A stretch of 57,089 nucleotides of DNA, the filler included, from Sphacelaria rigidula (lineage: Eukaryota): NCBI GenBank assembly GCA_964200075.2. It is 8 parts of 8 records of this genome, joined end to end, with 100 filler letters (N's around TTAATTAATTAA, not from the genome) between each part and the next. Parts side by side here need not be neighbours in the genome. Positions count along the whole stretch, not along the records: positions 28,597 to 35,645 come from CAXNAA020016763.1; positions 35,746 to 42,793 come from CAXNAA020016764.1; positions 42,894 to 49,941 come from CAXNAA020016765.1; 5 more parts are not named here. One strand, written 5' to 3'. A program made the translations under genes and the position numbers. Position 1 is the first letter of the stretch. Each line of letters begins with the position of its first letter. This document shows, piece after piece, positions 35,193 to 48,030 of this stretch. Below the pieces are notes generated by a model. That model saw only the letters and a program-made list of their open reading frames with translations. It had not been told where the DNA came from and ran no database searches.

Positions 35193-35540
35193 GCCGGTCG
35201 CCCCGGTGGCTCAGTTGGAAACCTCGTAACCTCCTGATGATTGAGTAGGGGGGTTCGATTCCCGGAGCGATCTGGAATATTTTCTCACCCCCATGCCCAA
35301 CAGTGGAGAGGGACAATGTCGTGGGTACACAACATTCGACTTAACGGCTGACGAGGGAAAGGCACTGCTGAACCCCTCTCGCGATAAAAAATAAAAGGCA
35401 AGCACCGCAAAAGGAAGGTGGGGTAATAATAACAAATAAATATAAAAAAAGCTCCTGTGTGACCCCGGCTGATGCGCCCACATATACCGAAAGGTGTAGA
35501 CTGGTGCCCAGAATAAATGGGACGACAACACACACACACA
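35193..35540 (+). mobile_element. Full-length tRNA-derived SINE with (CA)n tail and 8-bp TSD
   Basis: A-box tggctcagttgg 35207-18, B-box ggttcgattccc 35252-63, tail gacaacacacaca; CACCAACT at both 35185-92 and 35541-48. Confidence 0.88.
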
Positions 35541-38500
35541 CACCAACTCGATTTTTTTTGGGACGACTGAAGAGTGATGCTACGGTAGGGGTACAGGAAT
35601 AATTTCTGAGATTAAAATTGTTAGGAGCCCCTTATCTCATCCAAANNNNNNNNNNNNNNNNNNNNNNNNNNNNNNNNNNNNNNNNNNNNTTAATTAATTA
35701 ANNNNNNNNNNNNNNNNNNNNNNNNNNNNNNNNNNNNNNNNNNNNTCAGCCGTGTCCTTTGATCGACTTCATCAGTCGTGTCCAGCTGTCCCTCTTTATG
35801 GATCATGTGTCAAGGAACAGACCGGCCTCAGGGGTACTAAAAGAAACAGTGGGCCTGAACCCCCTTCTTTTGTCATTTTCGGTTCTCCAGGGAATGGGGC
35901 GGGAGGCAGAGTAACACCTAAATGAAACGATTTCGACACTAACTCGTGTACGAAACGAGTAACTTGACCTGAGGGTGAGGGAAGCAAGTTACTTAATCCA
36001 AGTATTGGTGAACCGAGTCCCTTGATTTTAGACTAGCTGAGGAAAGTCGCTAACGGTTGGGGTATATTCTCTACTACGGACTGCGAACCCGCCTCCGATG
36101 GACTCAGATCGCCTTAGATCGACGATGCCATATCTGGCGTTCAAAACAGCTGCTTTTTCACTACACAAAACGCCGTTTTTCATGAACATATGGATGTTGG
36201 GCGTATGTAGAAGGCTGGGTATAGTTGTGGCTGATCGATGTTTCTTCTGCGGAGGCGGCGGTACGGTCACCACTTGGCGCAAACCCTTGTACCACGAGGG
36301 TAATCCATCCGGACCATGGATACTTTATTCAAGTAAAATTGATGCCGATTCAACTGATGACCTACTCTTGCTGCCCATGGGTTAACAAAAAAGGGTGAAA
36401 GAAGTATGCGCTTGAGCACTCAAGGGTCCACGCGTGGACAAAAAGGGTAAGAGATCATCTGTGAGCAGAGAGCAGGTTGTAACCTCCCGTTTGTTTACAA
36501 AAAAGGGTACTCTCACAGGCTGTCCTTTTCCGCGCCGTCATGCCTAGTACCAACTGTAAAAATGAAAAAAAACGGTCGTGCATGCTGCCCAGACACCTTG
36601 TACGCGGGGCTGAGGCACTGGAACGTATTTTCGAGGTGTCCAGCCTGCGTGCAGCGCCGCGCCCCAAGCCCAAAAATGAGCTACCCTTTTTGTTCCACAA
36701 GACCCACCCAGGGTGTACCTTTTTTGTATATTGCCCAAGTTTTCATTCGCATATCAAAGGGTATGACATCTTTCAGTTTCGGCACCACACACATACCCCT
36801 GCCCCTCTGGAGTTGACAAAAGCTGGTGACACGGTCCGTGCGGGGGCACGCAACAACAACGACTTGCACGCAGCGCCATCACCCCTACCAGCACACGAAA
36901 TGGCAAAGGCAGGGTTTGAGGATGTACTTCCAACCTCCGGTCGCCAGGATGATTCTCATCGAATGTCTTGAATCGGCAATTTTTTCACTTGAAAAATAAG
37001 GGCAAGATCCAGTTGGCAGTCGTGAGTGTCAAGTTGCTTGGACATGCGCTGCGTGCTTCCGCGCGGTACCTGCAAAACATATGTCGCTTCCGGAAAGAAG
37101 CATGGGTTGATAGAAACTGCAGTGTGCTGTCATTGTAATGTTGGCGCCCTGTCTGAAAATTCCCTCGGCAACGTTATTACAGACATCAGCTAAAACCAAG
37201 CGCAACCAGGATCTTTTAAATAGCCAGAGAAAGCTTTGTTTGCAATGCTGCATACCTCAAAGCCGCCAGCTCCTCGACACTGGTATGTCATACAAGTTAT
37301 TGAGCTGCCACTTTCCAGGCCGGAAAGACTAACAGGTATGCCATAGCGCTTGCACGCCTGTAACAGCTCGTCCGATAGCTCTCGTGCAATCTCTAGGTGG
37401 GTCACTCCGGGCTGGGAACTGTCGGTGTTGCTAATATCGTTCCTCCAGAGTCCACCAGGATCCTCGGCGGGCGAAGCCAGAGTTCTGGCAATAAGCTCAC
37501 CGCACGGAAAGCTCATTTCATCTACAGAATGATTACATATACGGGAAGTCATTTTGATTGCAGTCTATTTATGGGTCAGGACAGGCTTCGACAAGTAGTC
37601 GCCCCTTATAATCACAGCAGATAGAGTCCCAGCTTTGCCTGAGCGTCCACATCATGCTGGGGAGTTGCAGAAGAGGTTCTGGTTGGATGTTTCGTACACA
37701 TTTGACTTTTCAATACCCGTACCACATGTTACAATTCTGTATTTGAAATATGAATATTACATCTCTGACCCGTTGTGCGACGGTAGACCTTACGCCGTAA
37801 ATCTCTGTGGCGTGCAGGAGTCTCATGATGATTTCTGTCTATCATCTTGATAAGTGCTACAGTCAGCAGCATGCCTCCTGTCACGCTTCAGGTCTATTTT
37901 GAAGACTTTTGGATGCTCGAAAATGTAATGTGTTGGTATTGTAGCATACACAGTGTGAATCGCACAGTCCGTGTCCTCTTCAACCTCAACACATGAACGC
38001 AAACTCACAACCTGGTCTAATTCTTGCACGCACTTGATCCAGAGATTTTCTATCGCTATCTCCTAGGTACTCGACAGCCATTGCTTGTTGCGTCACCACT
38101 GACCTGTGATTTGCCCTTTCTTCGTCACGATGTTTTGACCAACGGGTTTTGATTATGGCTGTACGAATGTAAAACAGTAAAAGCCGGGTAATGGGGAAGT
38201 TTTAGCTTTGCCGTAGTTGTACAGAGGATACACTAGCGGATCTATCGAGCAGATTGTAGAGACAGGCACAGCCTGCTGCCACTAATACGTGTTGAAAACC
38301 ATAGTATACGCAGCGTGAACGAATCATGGCGACACAACCCTCGCGAGGAGCGGTGCTGGGACTGTACAAGGCGCTGCGGAGAGAGGGCTCAAGGTTGATG
38401 GTGAGTTATGCGGGGTGATATAAGCTAACTAAGAGTCTACTGACATGCTCGTATAGCTTCTCATTTGTGGGTGACAGGAGAGTGACGGCGAGTTGTGGTA

Positions 38501-39164
38501 GTAGGTAGGCCTTTGCCATCGTGTGTCGAACGGGAGCTTCAATTTTGATGGCATTGAAGGTGGTGCTGCTTCGTGGATTCCCAAAACAGTTGGTGTCACT
38601 GCCCAGCCTCGCTCAGGCGCTTGGTCTCTGCACTTCATGAGGCCTTATCTACCGTGCGGTACTGATACACCGCCTGCCTGTACGAGTCGTGTCCTGTAGA
38701 TAATGCGTCGTACTGCCTGACTACCGCAGTGGTACTCCCTCAACCGGGATGTGCCACGTTCATGTAATGGTTGGTGATGAGAGTTGAGGTGGCTGTTGGC
38801 AGTATCTGTGCGTTCCTCGCTTGTTGCCCGGCTCCGTGTACGACCATGTGCTGACACGTCTGTGTTGTGGGCCTGAGCGAGTACCTTTTCCCCCGCTTCC
38901 AAATGTTTTTATACAGGGTACAACAACACTGGCAGTTCCAAACGTGCTGATCATGACTGATTTTATCAGACAGCACGTTATCCTTGCGCTATCCGATAAA
39001 TGCGGCGCTGCGAAGTGCGGGCAGAGGGTGTCATTTCCCTGACCGTTACATTATTCGCACGATGCAGAGCAGTCGATACGGTGCATAATGGTTCACTTGG
39101 CACACCGATCCTAGTCCATAACGGTGGTGTAATAATAGCCCGACTGCCCCCATTATTGTAGAGT

Positions 39165-39395
39165 GGAGAGAACGGGAGTTCGATTCCCGATGTGTTGGAT
39201 TTTTTCTTCGTAATGTATGATTTCCACCGTGGAAAGCGTGAGATTATGAGTAAACAAAGTAGTCGATCGGGTTTGTGAGACGTCAGTTGACGCGGTGCGG
39301 GAGTGCTGATCCAATCCGCGAGACCAAAATGAAAGGCACGTACCGGGGGATAGATGGGTTGATCCCTTGAGACCACGGGCTCATCCCGAGGAAGG
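39165..39395 (+). mobile_element. Second SINE-like family; 3' fragments at ~3505-3600 and ~19730-19860 (opposite strand)
   Basis: B-box-like gagttcgattccc at ~39176; gtgcgggagtgct..tcc.aatcc and gatgggttgat.c.ttgaga shared with the other copies. Confidence 0.5.
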
Positions 39396-40653
39396 GGAGG
39401 GGTTCAAAGTGTGAGTAAAAACATGAACAAATAACCCACACTCTTTGGGCAGAGGCATGTCTCGCAACTGGCACATGTTATGGCCATTAACCCTCAGACA
39501 ACGACCCCCCTGCAGGTGGACTGAGTTGGATTCTGCCATATTTAGGGGTTCAGAACTGCTCTTTTCTCGCTACACAAAACGCCTTTTTCATGAACATGTG
39601 GATATTTGTCATCTATACGGGAAACAGTCCCGGAGAACCCCTGACCAGTTTTGACCGTGCAGACAATTGCGTGTATAGTCGGTATGTATGTGTGCTGTAT
39701 GTGGTATATCTGGGTACAACGGCAAGAGACGGTGTAAGTGTGCCATCGCTCTCCACTGAACACAATTTACTGCATGCTGCTGATGCCTCTGCCTAGTGCT
39801 CAACAGCAACACTACAGACAGGGTGAAGCTACGCTGGTAGCACAAGTGGGGTCTGGCAGGCGGCGTACACCACGAGCAGAACACAAAACAAAACGAGCTA
39901 TTAATACAAGTATCTGTAGCCATGTAATCTATCGTTGATTTCCCATGACCAAAATGAGTCGTGGGGGTAGACAGTGCGTTAGTCCAATGTAGTCCACCCA
40001 AAACGGGAGAACGTGCTCATTTTGACGACCGTGATTGGTCAGAGTGGTCATCCTTTCGGGCCTCGTGCACAGCTCATGATTTTCCGCGGGAAAGTTCCAA
40101 ACATAAATGGCTGACTTGGAGAGCTTTTCGGCTCCTCTGCGGACACACCCCACCCCCCCCCCCCCCCCTCAAAAACCACACCCCTTGGCCACTGGCAACC
40201 CCCGTATGTCTCCGGACTGTTAGCCTGTGAAACTGTTCAACTGTTCCGCGGCGACGCTTGCTATCTAACGGTCAACGATGGGTTACTTTTGGGACCTCTC
40301 AATCCATTTTCGGTTCCCCTCCGGTGAAAAAAGACAAATGACACTTCATTCTCGACGTTCTTGGGCTCGCATCGTAGATTCCACATCCACATCATACGGG
40401 TGTCATTGCAACAGCCCAAGTGCCCCGCAATTTTATGTACACTTTTTTCGGAGATGTCCCAAATTTTCTGGGTTGCCAAGTTACCTGATGACTCTCGCAT
40501 GCTTGCGAGCGCCGCGGCGTACACACAGGGCAGCTCTCCGAAGTGCTGCTTTGCAGTCCGAAATTATCAGACTTCTCCAGAAATGAAGCCTCTGAGAAAA
40601 GTCAGAACGCTTCGCTTTCGGTGGATTATGAACGCCGAGTCCGGGAAGGTCGA

Positions 40654-40843
40654 AAAATTCCACACCCTGGATAATGACAATAGATGGTCAATAGATGCAA
40701 TAGACGAGAAAAGTACCGCGTACAGTATAGGTCTATTACGACTACTGCCGGCCGACAGTAGTCGCAATAGACCTATATTTTACGCAGTACATTTTTCGTC
40801 TATTGCAACTGTTGACCATATATTGTCCAAGGTGCGAAAAATT
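40654..40843. repeat. Imperfect hairpin, ~72-bp core arms, short loop at ~40752
   Basis: gacaatagatggtcaatagatgcaatagacgagaaaagtaccgcgtacagtataggtctattacgactactg pairs with cagtagtcgcaatagacctatattttacgcagtacatttttcgtctattgcaactgttgaccatatattgtc. Confidence 0.88.
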
Positions 40844-41445
40844 CTGAGATTTTCGAAAATACAGTGTCACTCATGATGGGCCAAATAGTAAAACAGTATA
40901 ATCCCCCAAGAGGAAAGTAAAATGATGTCTATTTGGAGCATGGTCATGGTCCGTGTGCTGTCGGGGTTATGCGTGCCCCAAACTGCACGTAACAATCAGC
41001 AGTGCTAATTGTGGAGGCTGCCCACTTTCCAAATTTGCAACTGGAAACGAACAACGCAATGGAGAAAGTTCATGCACATTTTCGAAGTTTCACGAGAAAT
41101 AAATATCCTAATTGCAATACGTGCAAAAATGAAGAGAAATACCTGTTTTTTTGTCGTTGATCCTAATCGCGCACGTAGCCATCTAGCTACGGTCGCTATT
41201 CTGACGATCCCGCCGATTCTGGAGGACGGCAGTAGTGTAGGCGTAAATGGTAGCTAGTCGCCCGTTCCTCGATATTGTTCCTCATCGTGTTAAGTGACGA
41301 GTAAAATTGCAGCCTCACGTGGTGGAGGGGGTGATATATTGTGTTTTGTATCCCGTGCCTTCTGAACGAAGCCCCAGCAGCAGAGAGCCGGGGATGAAAG
41401 CAAGAGTATGTTACAGGGACAAGTTCACCGCTGCGGTTCCACGCG

Positions 41446-41495
<50 letters not shown>
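41446..41495 (+). repeat. (GT)n microsatellite
   Basis: read directly. Confidence 0.95.
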
Positions 41496-41497
<2 letters not shown>

Positions 41498-43017
41498 CAA
41501 TGTGTGGCAATGTGTGGTCGTTTTGTTCAATTGGATACTGGAGCGTATATTCATGATCATGCATGCCATAGTCATGAGACCGTTGATCTCGCATCCCTAC
41601 AAAAGCTATTGGGGGGGGGGTACTCATGATCTTGCATGCCATAGCCACATGACCATTGATCTCGAATCCATACAAAGCCCGGACAGAGCACACCGGGTTC
41701 GCCGAATTGATTGATTGATTGAGTGATTGTCGCACTTCAACTGACCCCTCCGGGGTCCAGCAGTGGTCTCATGATAGACGTACCCGAGAAACTCGGACGA
41801 GGCTCGCAATCAGTCACCTAGCGCGAAGCGCCGTGGTGTGTTCGGCGAGTCGCATGAAGGGTGCGCTGCATCCTGCTAAGATTGTTCGGCCCGAGGCGCA
41901 CTGATTATCTTGCATATGGATGACAACCTCCATGGAGTTGTCTCATTTTCCGGTATCGTCAATTCCAGAGACAGCCACGGGTTGCACACTGCCTCATGGG
42001 TGTCTCACCATATGAACACCATATAGAGTACGATCATCCCCTTTGCGTGGAGTTCGGATTCTCCTAACCCGCACAAGCTGATCCAACTTGACCACCATCA
42101 TGGACACCGTGAAAAGAAACGCAAGCGCAAAAAAGTCGGCAGCTTTGTTGCCTAATTCACGCAATGTGTGGCGTATTTTACGGCGTCGTTGCCAACGCCA
42201 ACCCTGTTGGGCAACAGGGGAGGGGAGGGAGGGTCTGGTTCGTGGCAGGACTGAGTGGTTAATTCATTGATTTTGATTATTTATTAATTTCCTATCATTT
42301 CGAGCTGGACCAGCTTAAAAGCTGCTGAAACTTGCTCCCACCACAGCTTCCCCAGTTTCCCGAATGAACCCGATGTAAGCATATCACTGTGAAGTGTAGA
42401 CCAACCTGGTGACACACGGCGCCGCCGCTTAATGGGAAAAAAAGAAGAAAAAAAATGTACTGCATAATGTATAACCTTAACGACGGACGAAAAAAAGTTG
42501 AGAATCTTGGGGGATTCGAACTAATGACATCCATAATTGGAGTCTCCCATCACTTGATTTATAGGGTTGCAGCAGCGTCACGGGAAATATTGAACGCACG
42601 GCCCAATTCGACGAGTCTTGAGCTGAAATTTCAGGAAGATCTTCTGCACCCAAGGAATTGATAGTTCACGTGTCCAGCTGCTCTCTTTTTCCTGGACTCA
42701 TGGCATTATCTTGTTTTTGACGAAATTTCAAATGCCCATAGCTTTTTTTTTTTTTTTATTCGCTGGTCCCGTGATCTTTTTTTTTTCTTTCATNNNNNNN
42801 NNNNNNNNNNNNNNNNNNNNNNNNNNNNNNNNNNNNNTTAATTAATTAANNNNNNNNNNNNNNNNNNNNNNNNNNNNNNNNNNNNNNNNNNNNGGGGTGC
42901 GAGCGCGGCAAGACTGGCGAGTGGAACGTGACGTTCGTGAATGAGGAACACTTCAACTGCTTGGGCGCGAGAGGCAAACGCGGTCCGGGCGCTGCCATGG
43001 TGAAAGACGTGGGCGCC

Positions 43018-43619
43018 CAATCCTGAGCAATCAGTGAAAGGTCGGACCCAAGCGCAGCGCCACCTTCCCGGCTGTCCAGGTTCGTGTTTGTCACCGCCGT
43101 GCATTTTACTCGACTGGACGTCTGCCGACTCAAAGTGACCCTCGTTTGGGCCTTGATGATGTCCGCCAGTGTCCGCGCGCTGACGGTGGGGTTGTTTGCC
43201 ACTATGGCGGTGCCCACGTCTTTCACCATGGCAGCGCCCGGACCGCGTTTGCCTCTCGCGCCCAAGCAGTTGAAGTGTTCCTCATTCACGAACGTCACGT
43301 TCCACTCGCCAGTCTTGCCGCGCTCGCACCCCTTGATACGGAACATACACCCTATCTCAGTCTTATTCTCGTCCACGACCTGATCCTGGCAGCGATACAC
43401 GGCCTGCCTGCTACCGCCGTTGCCTATTTTCACGGTTCGGCCCTCGGAAAGCAACATCTGAGTGACCGCCTTGCTGAGATTTGGTTTCGAGGCGTATATA
43501 TCACCCCGCACCATCTTCGCCGCCTCCAAACGAGGGGGCCCATCAACAGTCCCGACACCAGACATGGAGCTGAGGACACTATCCGAGCTTCTCGCTCGTC
43601 GTTGGTGATTCTCACGCAC
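43018..43619 (-). CDS. Mutator-like (MULE/MuDR) transposase, N-terminal DNA-binding region, truncated near contig end
   Basis: GDIYASKPNLSKAV...YRC...GCMFRIKGCERGKTGEWNVTFVNEEHFNC...NNPTVSARTLADIIKAQTRVTLSRQTSSRVK fits the MuDR N-terminal C-x-C-W-H-C Zn domain and following helical region; a repeated terminal sequence lies upstream. Confidence 0.72.
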
Positions 43620-44069
43620 GATCGAGGTAGATGATGGTTCTGTGTGTGTGCTTCTGTCGGGCGCATGTTGCTCTCTGTGACTGAACGCTATCTCTGTGCT
43701 GTCCCTATATTACACATGCGTGACGGTTCTTTTCCATTCCTTACACCAACCATCGATTATGTGATAGCTGTTCCTGGTGACGGCACGCGGACGGCACGCT
43801 GCCACTAGCCCCAGATCGCAATGGCACGGTTATACTCAACACTCCGCAAGCGCAAAAGACCGACGCGTTGTGAGCTGTGAGTCCAGTTCTTGCGTCGATG
43901 CGGAGAGACTCGGGAAGTATTTCCGGGAGAAAGGGGTGTGGTCGTTGTGGCGTTCGTGAACGACAAATGAGCGGGAAAAGAGCCGAATGTGTGGGCGCAA
44001 TGGTTGAAGTTGGCTCCTGTATTCCCTTGTGCGCAGCGTGCCGCTTAAGGTGCAGTGTGGGAAGCGATG

Positions 44070-44380
44070 TGCCAGATAAGGTACGATTGAAAAATAATTC
44101 CTAGATCAGGTATACCTGGCCGAAATTTGACCTGGAAAGGGGAAGTGGTTTCTGGAGGCGAGACGTCCTTCTGCGCATGGCCGTATCTCCCGAGAAACAT
44201 GTTTGATTATGTTTATTTTTCGATGCCCGGGTACCGATGAGCCCCGGTGACTGCTGTGCGTGAGAAATCGGAGCGAAATCGGTCTAAATTGTGTGTTTGG
44301 CTGTTTTCACGTTTGTGGCCATTTTTCGCACCTGCCTAAGGCGAAATACGTCAAGGTATACCTTTTGTAGGCCATTGCTC
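44070..44380 (-). mobile_element. Long terminal repeat (TIR/subterminal) of the MULE element, outer end GAGCAATGGCC at 44380
   Basis: Reverse complement aligns with 49654-49930 (e.g. gtacgattgaaaaa...tcctagatcaggtatacct vs aggtatacctgatctagga...tttttcaatcgtac). Confidence 0.7.
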
Positions 44381-47300
44381 TTGAACAATTGTCGCGACGA
44401 ACCAGGCCTTGGTCATCAGATCGATATACCCGTGTTGTGGTCATGAGGTAGGCATTCCATTTGGAATATGCCGATACGACTCTTGAGTGAAGGGATCAGG
44501 AATTGATCACACCCTGGACAATACAATATGTAATACAAGGTTCCCCTTCGGGAGGTTGTTACGGGCCTCCCAGGGGAGACGCAAGTCGATAATATAAAAT
44601 ATACTTCGTATATCTTCTCGGTGCGTTGCAAAAAAAAGCGTGGGGAAAAATTCCTTGCCGGCAGAGAAAACTCGGCAAAAGTGGTGAAAATGTAAAAGAG
44701 ATACGTGTACATAATATACACGGGTTGAATGACGCGAGAAAAAGCGCGTGAGTCATCACTTTGTCTGCTTCGATCGAGCAGGTATATATTGCCCTCCGCG
44801 AAAAATGAACAGACGTAGATAAACAAACACAACTGATGAGGGAGCCTCCAACTACATAGAACGATGTTTTCGTGAGATTGAGAGCAGAGGAGACGATTGA
44901 GAGTGAAAGGCGGTCAATTAGTGACTTGATCGTGTCAGTTCCGAAATACCCCTCCGCGAGGCCCGATATGCTTTCTGTAGTAGCATGCCGCTGATGCCCT
45001 TGATATTCCTGAGTAGGATGTCGATGTGTAACTGTAAGCACACGCCAGTGATGGAGGCAAAGAAAAGCACACGATAAAAAATAGGCAATTTAAATCGAAT
45101 GACCAAAGCCACTCTCAATCAGCGCTCTACTCTCCATCTCACGCTGTTGAAGGTCACGACTCCGAATGCACACCTTTGGCCGCAACTCACTTATTATATC
45201 ACATACCTACATCTTATTTTGTTACAAACTAATGAAATAAGTAACTTGATGAATGATTCAATAAATAATTGAATGCATTCGAATAAATAAACGCGAACTA
45301 ATAGTTCAGTGGATGAAGCAATTATTTTGTTTTTTGGTTGGATGGTTGGTATGTTGGGGGTGGATTATTATTTTTTGGGGGAAATGGGAAGACAATATCT
45401 AGACTGTTGCAATATAAGCCCGCTACATGGGAACGTAATACAGTGTAGTATACAGCATGATGTATACATATAGGACCACACCCTGTATTGTGTACTGATT
45501 GGACTGCACAGATGTATTGATCCTAGCTCCTGTATTGTTCATGTGTGCGACTATGCTCGTTGAGTGCCCCCAGAAACATCCCTGCACAGTTATTCTACAG
45601 TTGCACTGCTGTGTATAGGCTTACCGAAGCAGCGGACTAACTCACAGGTATTAACCTGTGAAGTACCAGCGCAGATATGTTCCTGTGAAGTCAGTGTTGC
45701 GCTAAATGGAAAAAAAAAACATGTCTTCATAACAAAATCTGACGGTTTCGCCCTCTAGTGCGCACTGCTGCAGCGCACAGCACCAGATATAGCGACGTGG
45801 AACTGTTGACTGTGGTTTGTACAGCCTTTGAGCTGTTTCAGCGCCTCGCAGCGGCTGTAGCGCGCTTAGGGCCGTGCGCCATGAACTGCGCAGCTCTACA
45901 GACTGTATGCCGATCGGTACACTACAGATGGCCATGATCCAGAACGGGCCGCAGTACAGACCGGTGCCGGTTTGCTACCGCGTCGGCCGTCCAGCCGCTC
46001 AAAATGTTGGACTTTATGCATCTGCGCGTGTATATATGCATTCGCCTGTGGTGCGCAAAGCTGGTCTGCTGTATAGCCGATTTGAGGGCGCATGACGGCA
46101 TTCCCCGAAATCGCTTGTGGCCACGTTGTAGAAAAATCTGGGGTCCAGTCGCGCGGATGCTTCGCGCATATGCTGTCTGTGTTATGTCCGACGAGTGTGC
46201 AAGGTTTCATGATGGAAGGCGCAGTCGCAGGCGAGTAATCTACAAGCAAAGTTACACTGGAAAGTGGGACGTGACCGTAGGAAAGTATCCGAAAAAACAT
46301 GAGATGCGGTTACGTACGCCCTGGTTACGCCGCATCTCAGATGCGGTTACGCAGTGTCACGGTATGGGTACTGTCTGTAGATTTTACATTGCATCAGCGT
46401 ATTACAGCTCATAATGCACTTTATATATTGATCATGATGGAGTTCTCAACTTTCGAATCCATCAGCTGCCCCGCCAGACATGGATGCAAACGATCGTGCT
46501 GTTCTCACTTTATTCAAAAGCAATTGAGATGCTTATTTTTCAGGCGGATTGCACACTCCATATACAACGCCCTAGGCGTGGTGATGCGCTGGAACGCGAA
46601 GCGTGGTCGCCACCAATCGTCGTACCATGGGACCCGCAAGGAACCCGTACCGAGCAACATCATACGAGCTGGGCCAGCCCAAAAACGGATTCAAGCTCTC
46701 GAAGCGATTTCTCAACGACACAGACGAGTTGGGCCGTGATCCGCATATCGTATTAATCGTCTAATCAAGGGAAAGGTGCCCATGTGCTCAAAAATCTGGG
46801 CCATTTTTCCCTCGTTGATTAAACCCCAAGTATGGAAATTCCTATACCTAGCGGAGACAGCGTCCACACTAAAATCGATATGAATCCCCGAACGATCGAT
46901 CAAGTGAATGACGACGACTTTTGTTGTGGACCTTCCCTGGAGCACGGGGAAACGATAGATACCCTCACCTTCACCTAATTCGTAATCTAGCTCTGGATAT
47001 GGCGCAAATACATTTCCATACTCAAATCAGTAGATTACGAGCAGAGGCACCAGATGACCTAAATCTGGATATCGCGCCTCAGTTTTTGAGATTTTTGCTA
47101 TGAAATATGGTATGGAAAACTGCTTGCGCATGATGAAATGAAGAATCCAGCTTTTTCGTTTTTTTCATCTCTAATCGTGTTTTTAGGGGATTTTTGAGGA
47201 GAAATGAACACAACTCTTGGGCCTTATCTCAATTTTTCAGCTCAATTTTTAGAATTGTAATTTGAAACTTGGCATGGAGAACGACAGAGGTATGCTGAGT

Positions 47301-47548
47301 AAAAACAAAGTGGGCCTTCATTTTTTTTTTTATGAGGTTCGGGCGTTGTCGTGAAAAAATGGTCGTTACCATACTAAAACGCCCTCAATGAAGAATCAAA
47401 ATCAAAATCAACCTCACCCATTTTTCTTGGTTGATCATGACCTAGCGAGGTCCTGCACGAAGTTTCAACCCACAAACACCAAACGTGGGCCAATAAACGG
47501 CCTGCAAAGTACTGTTCCGAATTTCCGCCGGCCCGGTTTTTCACGGTA

Positions 47549-47810
47549 AATTCGCAATTTTTCTCTTGGAGTTGGACAGGGAAATTTGGTATGGACAATC
47601 AACAGGGCATGAAGAAAAGCTGTCTGTGAGGTCCCGAAGATTTTTTTTTCCATGAATTGAGGGCAATAATCAGTTTTGAGGTTTCAGTAAAATGCCCTCA
47701 ACTCATGAAATAAAAAAAACTTCGGGACTTCACAGACAGATTTTCTTCATGCCCTGCTTATTGTCCATACCAAATTTCACTCTCCAATTCCAAGAAAAAA
47801 ATTGCGAATT
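47549..47810. repeat. Foldback hairpin, ~117-bp arms, 27-nt loop
   Basis: aattcgcaattttt...gaaatttggtatggacaat...agggcatgaagaaaa.ctgtctgtga...tgagggca / tgccctca...tcacagacag.ttttcttcatgccct...attgtccataccaaatttc...aaaaattgcgaatt. Confidence 0.88.
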
Positions 47811-47948
47811 CGCCTGCGAAGTACAAAGCCGCTCTTAGGCCGGCCCAGCCTGTACACAGCACCGAACGCGGGACACAAGGACGTTCTCAATCTGCAACTT
47901 GTGCCGGCAATGCAGCCTTGAACAAGCTTTTCAGATATGCTGCATGTT

Positions 47949-48030
47949 GGGCCGTAGGTACTTCCTCTGGGGCACCTCGCTCGTGTGCCGTGGGCCGTAG
48001 GTCCTCCATTTGGGGCACCTCGCTCGTGTG
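47949..48030 (+). repeat. 43-bp tandem duplication
   Basis: gggccgtaggt...ggggcacctcgctcgtgtg occurs twice. Confidence 0.8.

Noticed and set aside
35193..35270. Functional tRNA gene
   Set aside because: A and B boxes present but no proper anticodon arm; it is the head of a SINE with tail and TSD
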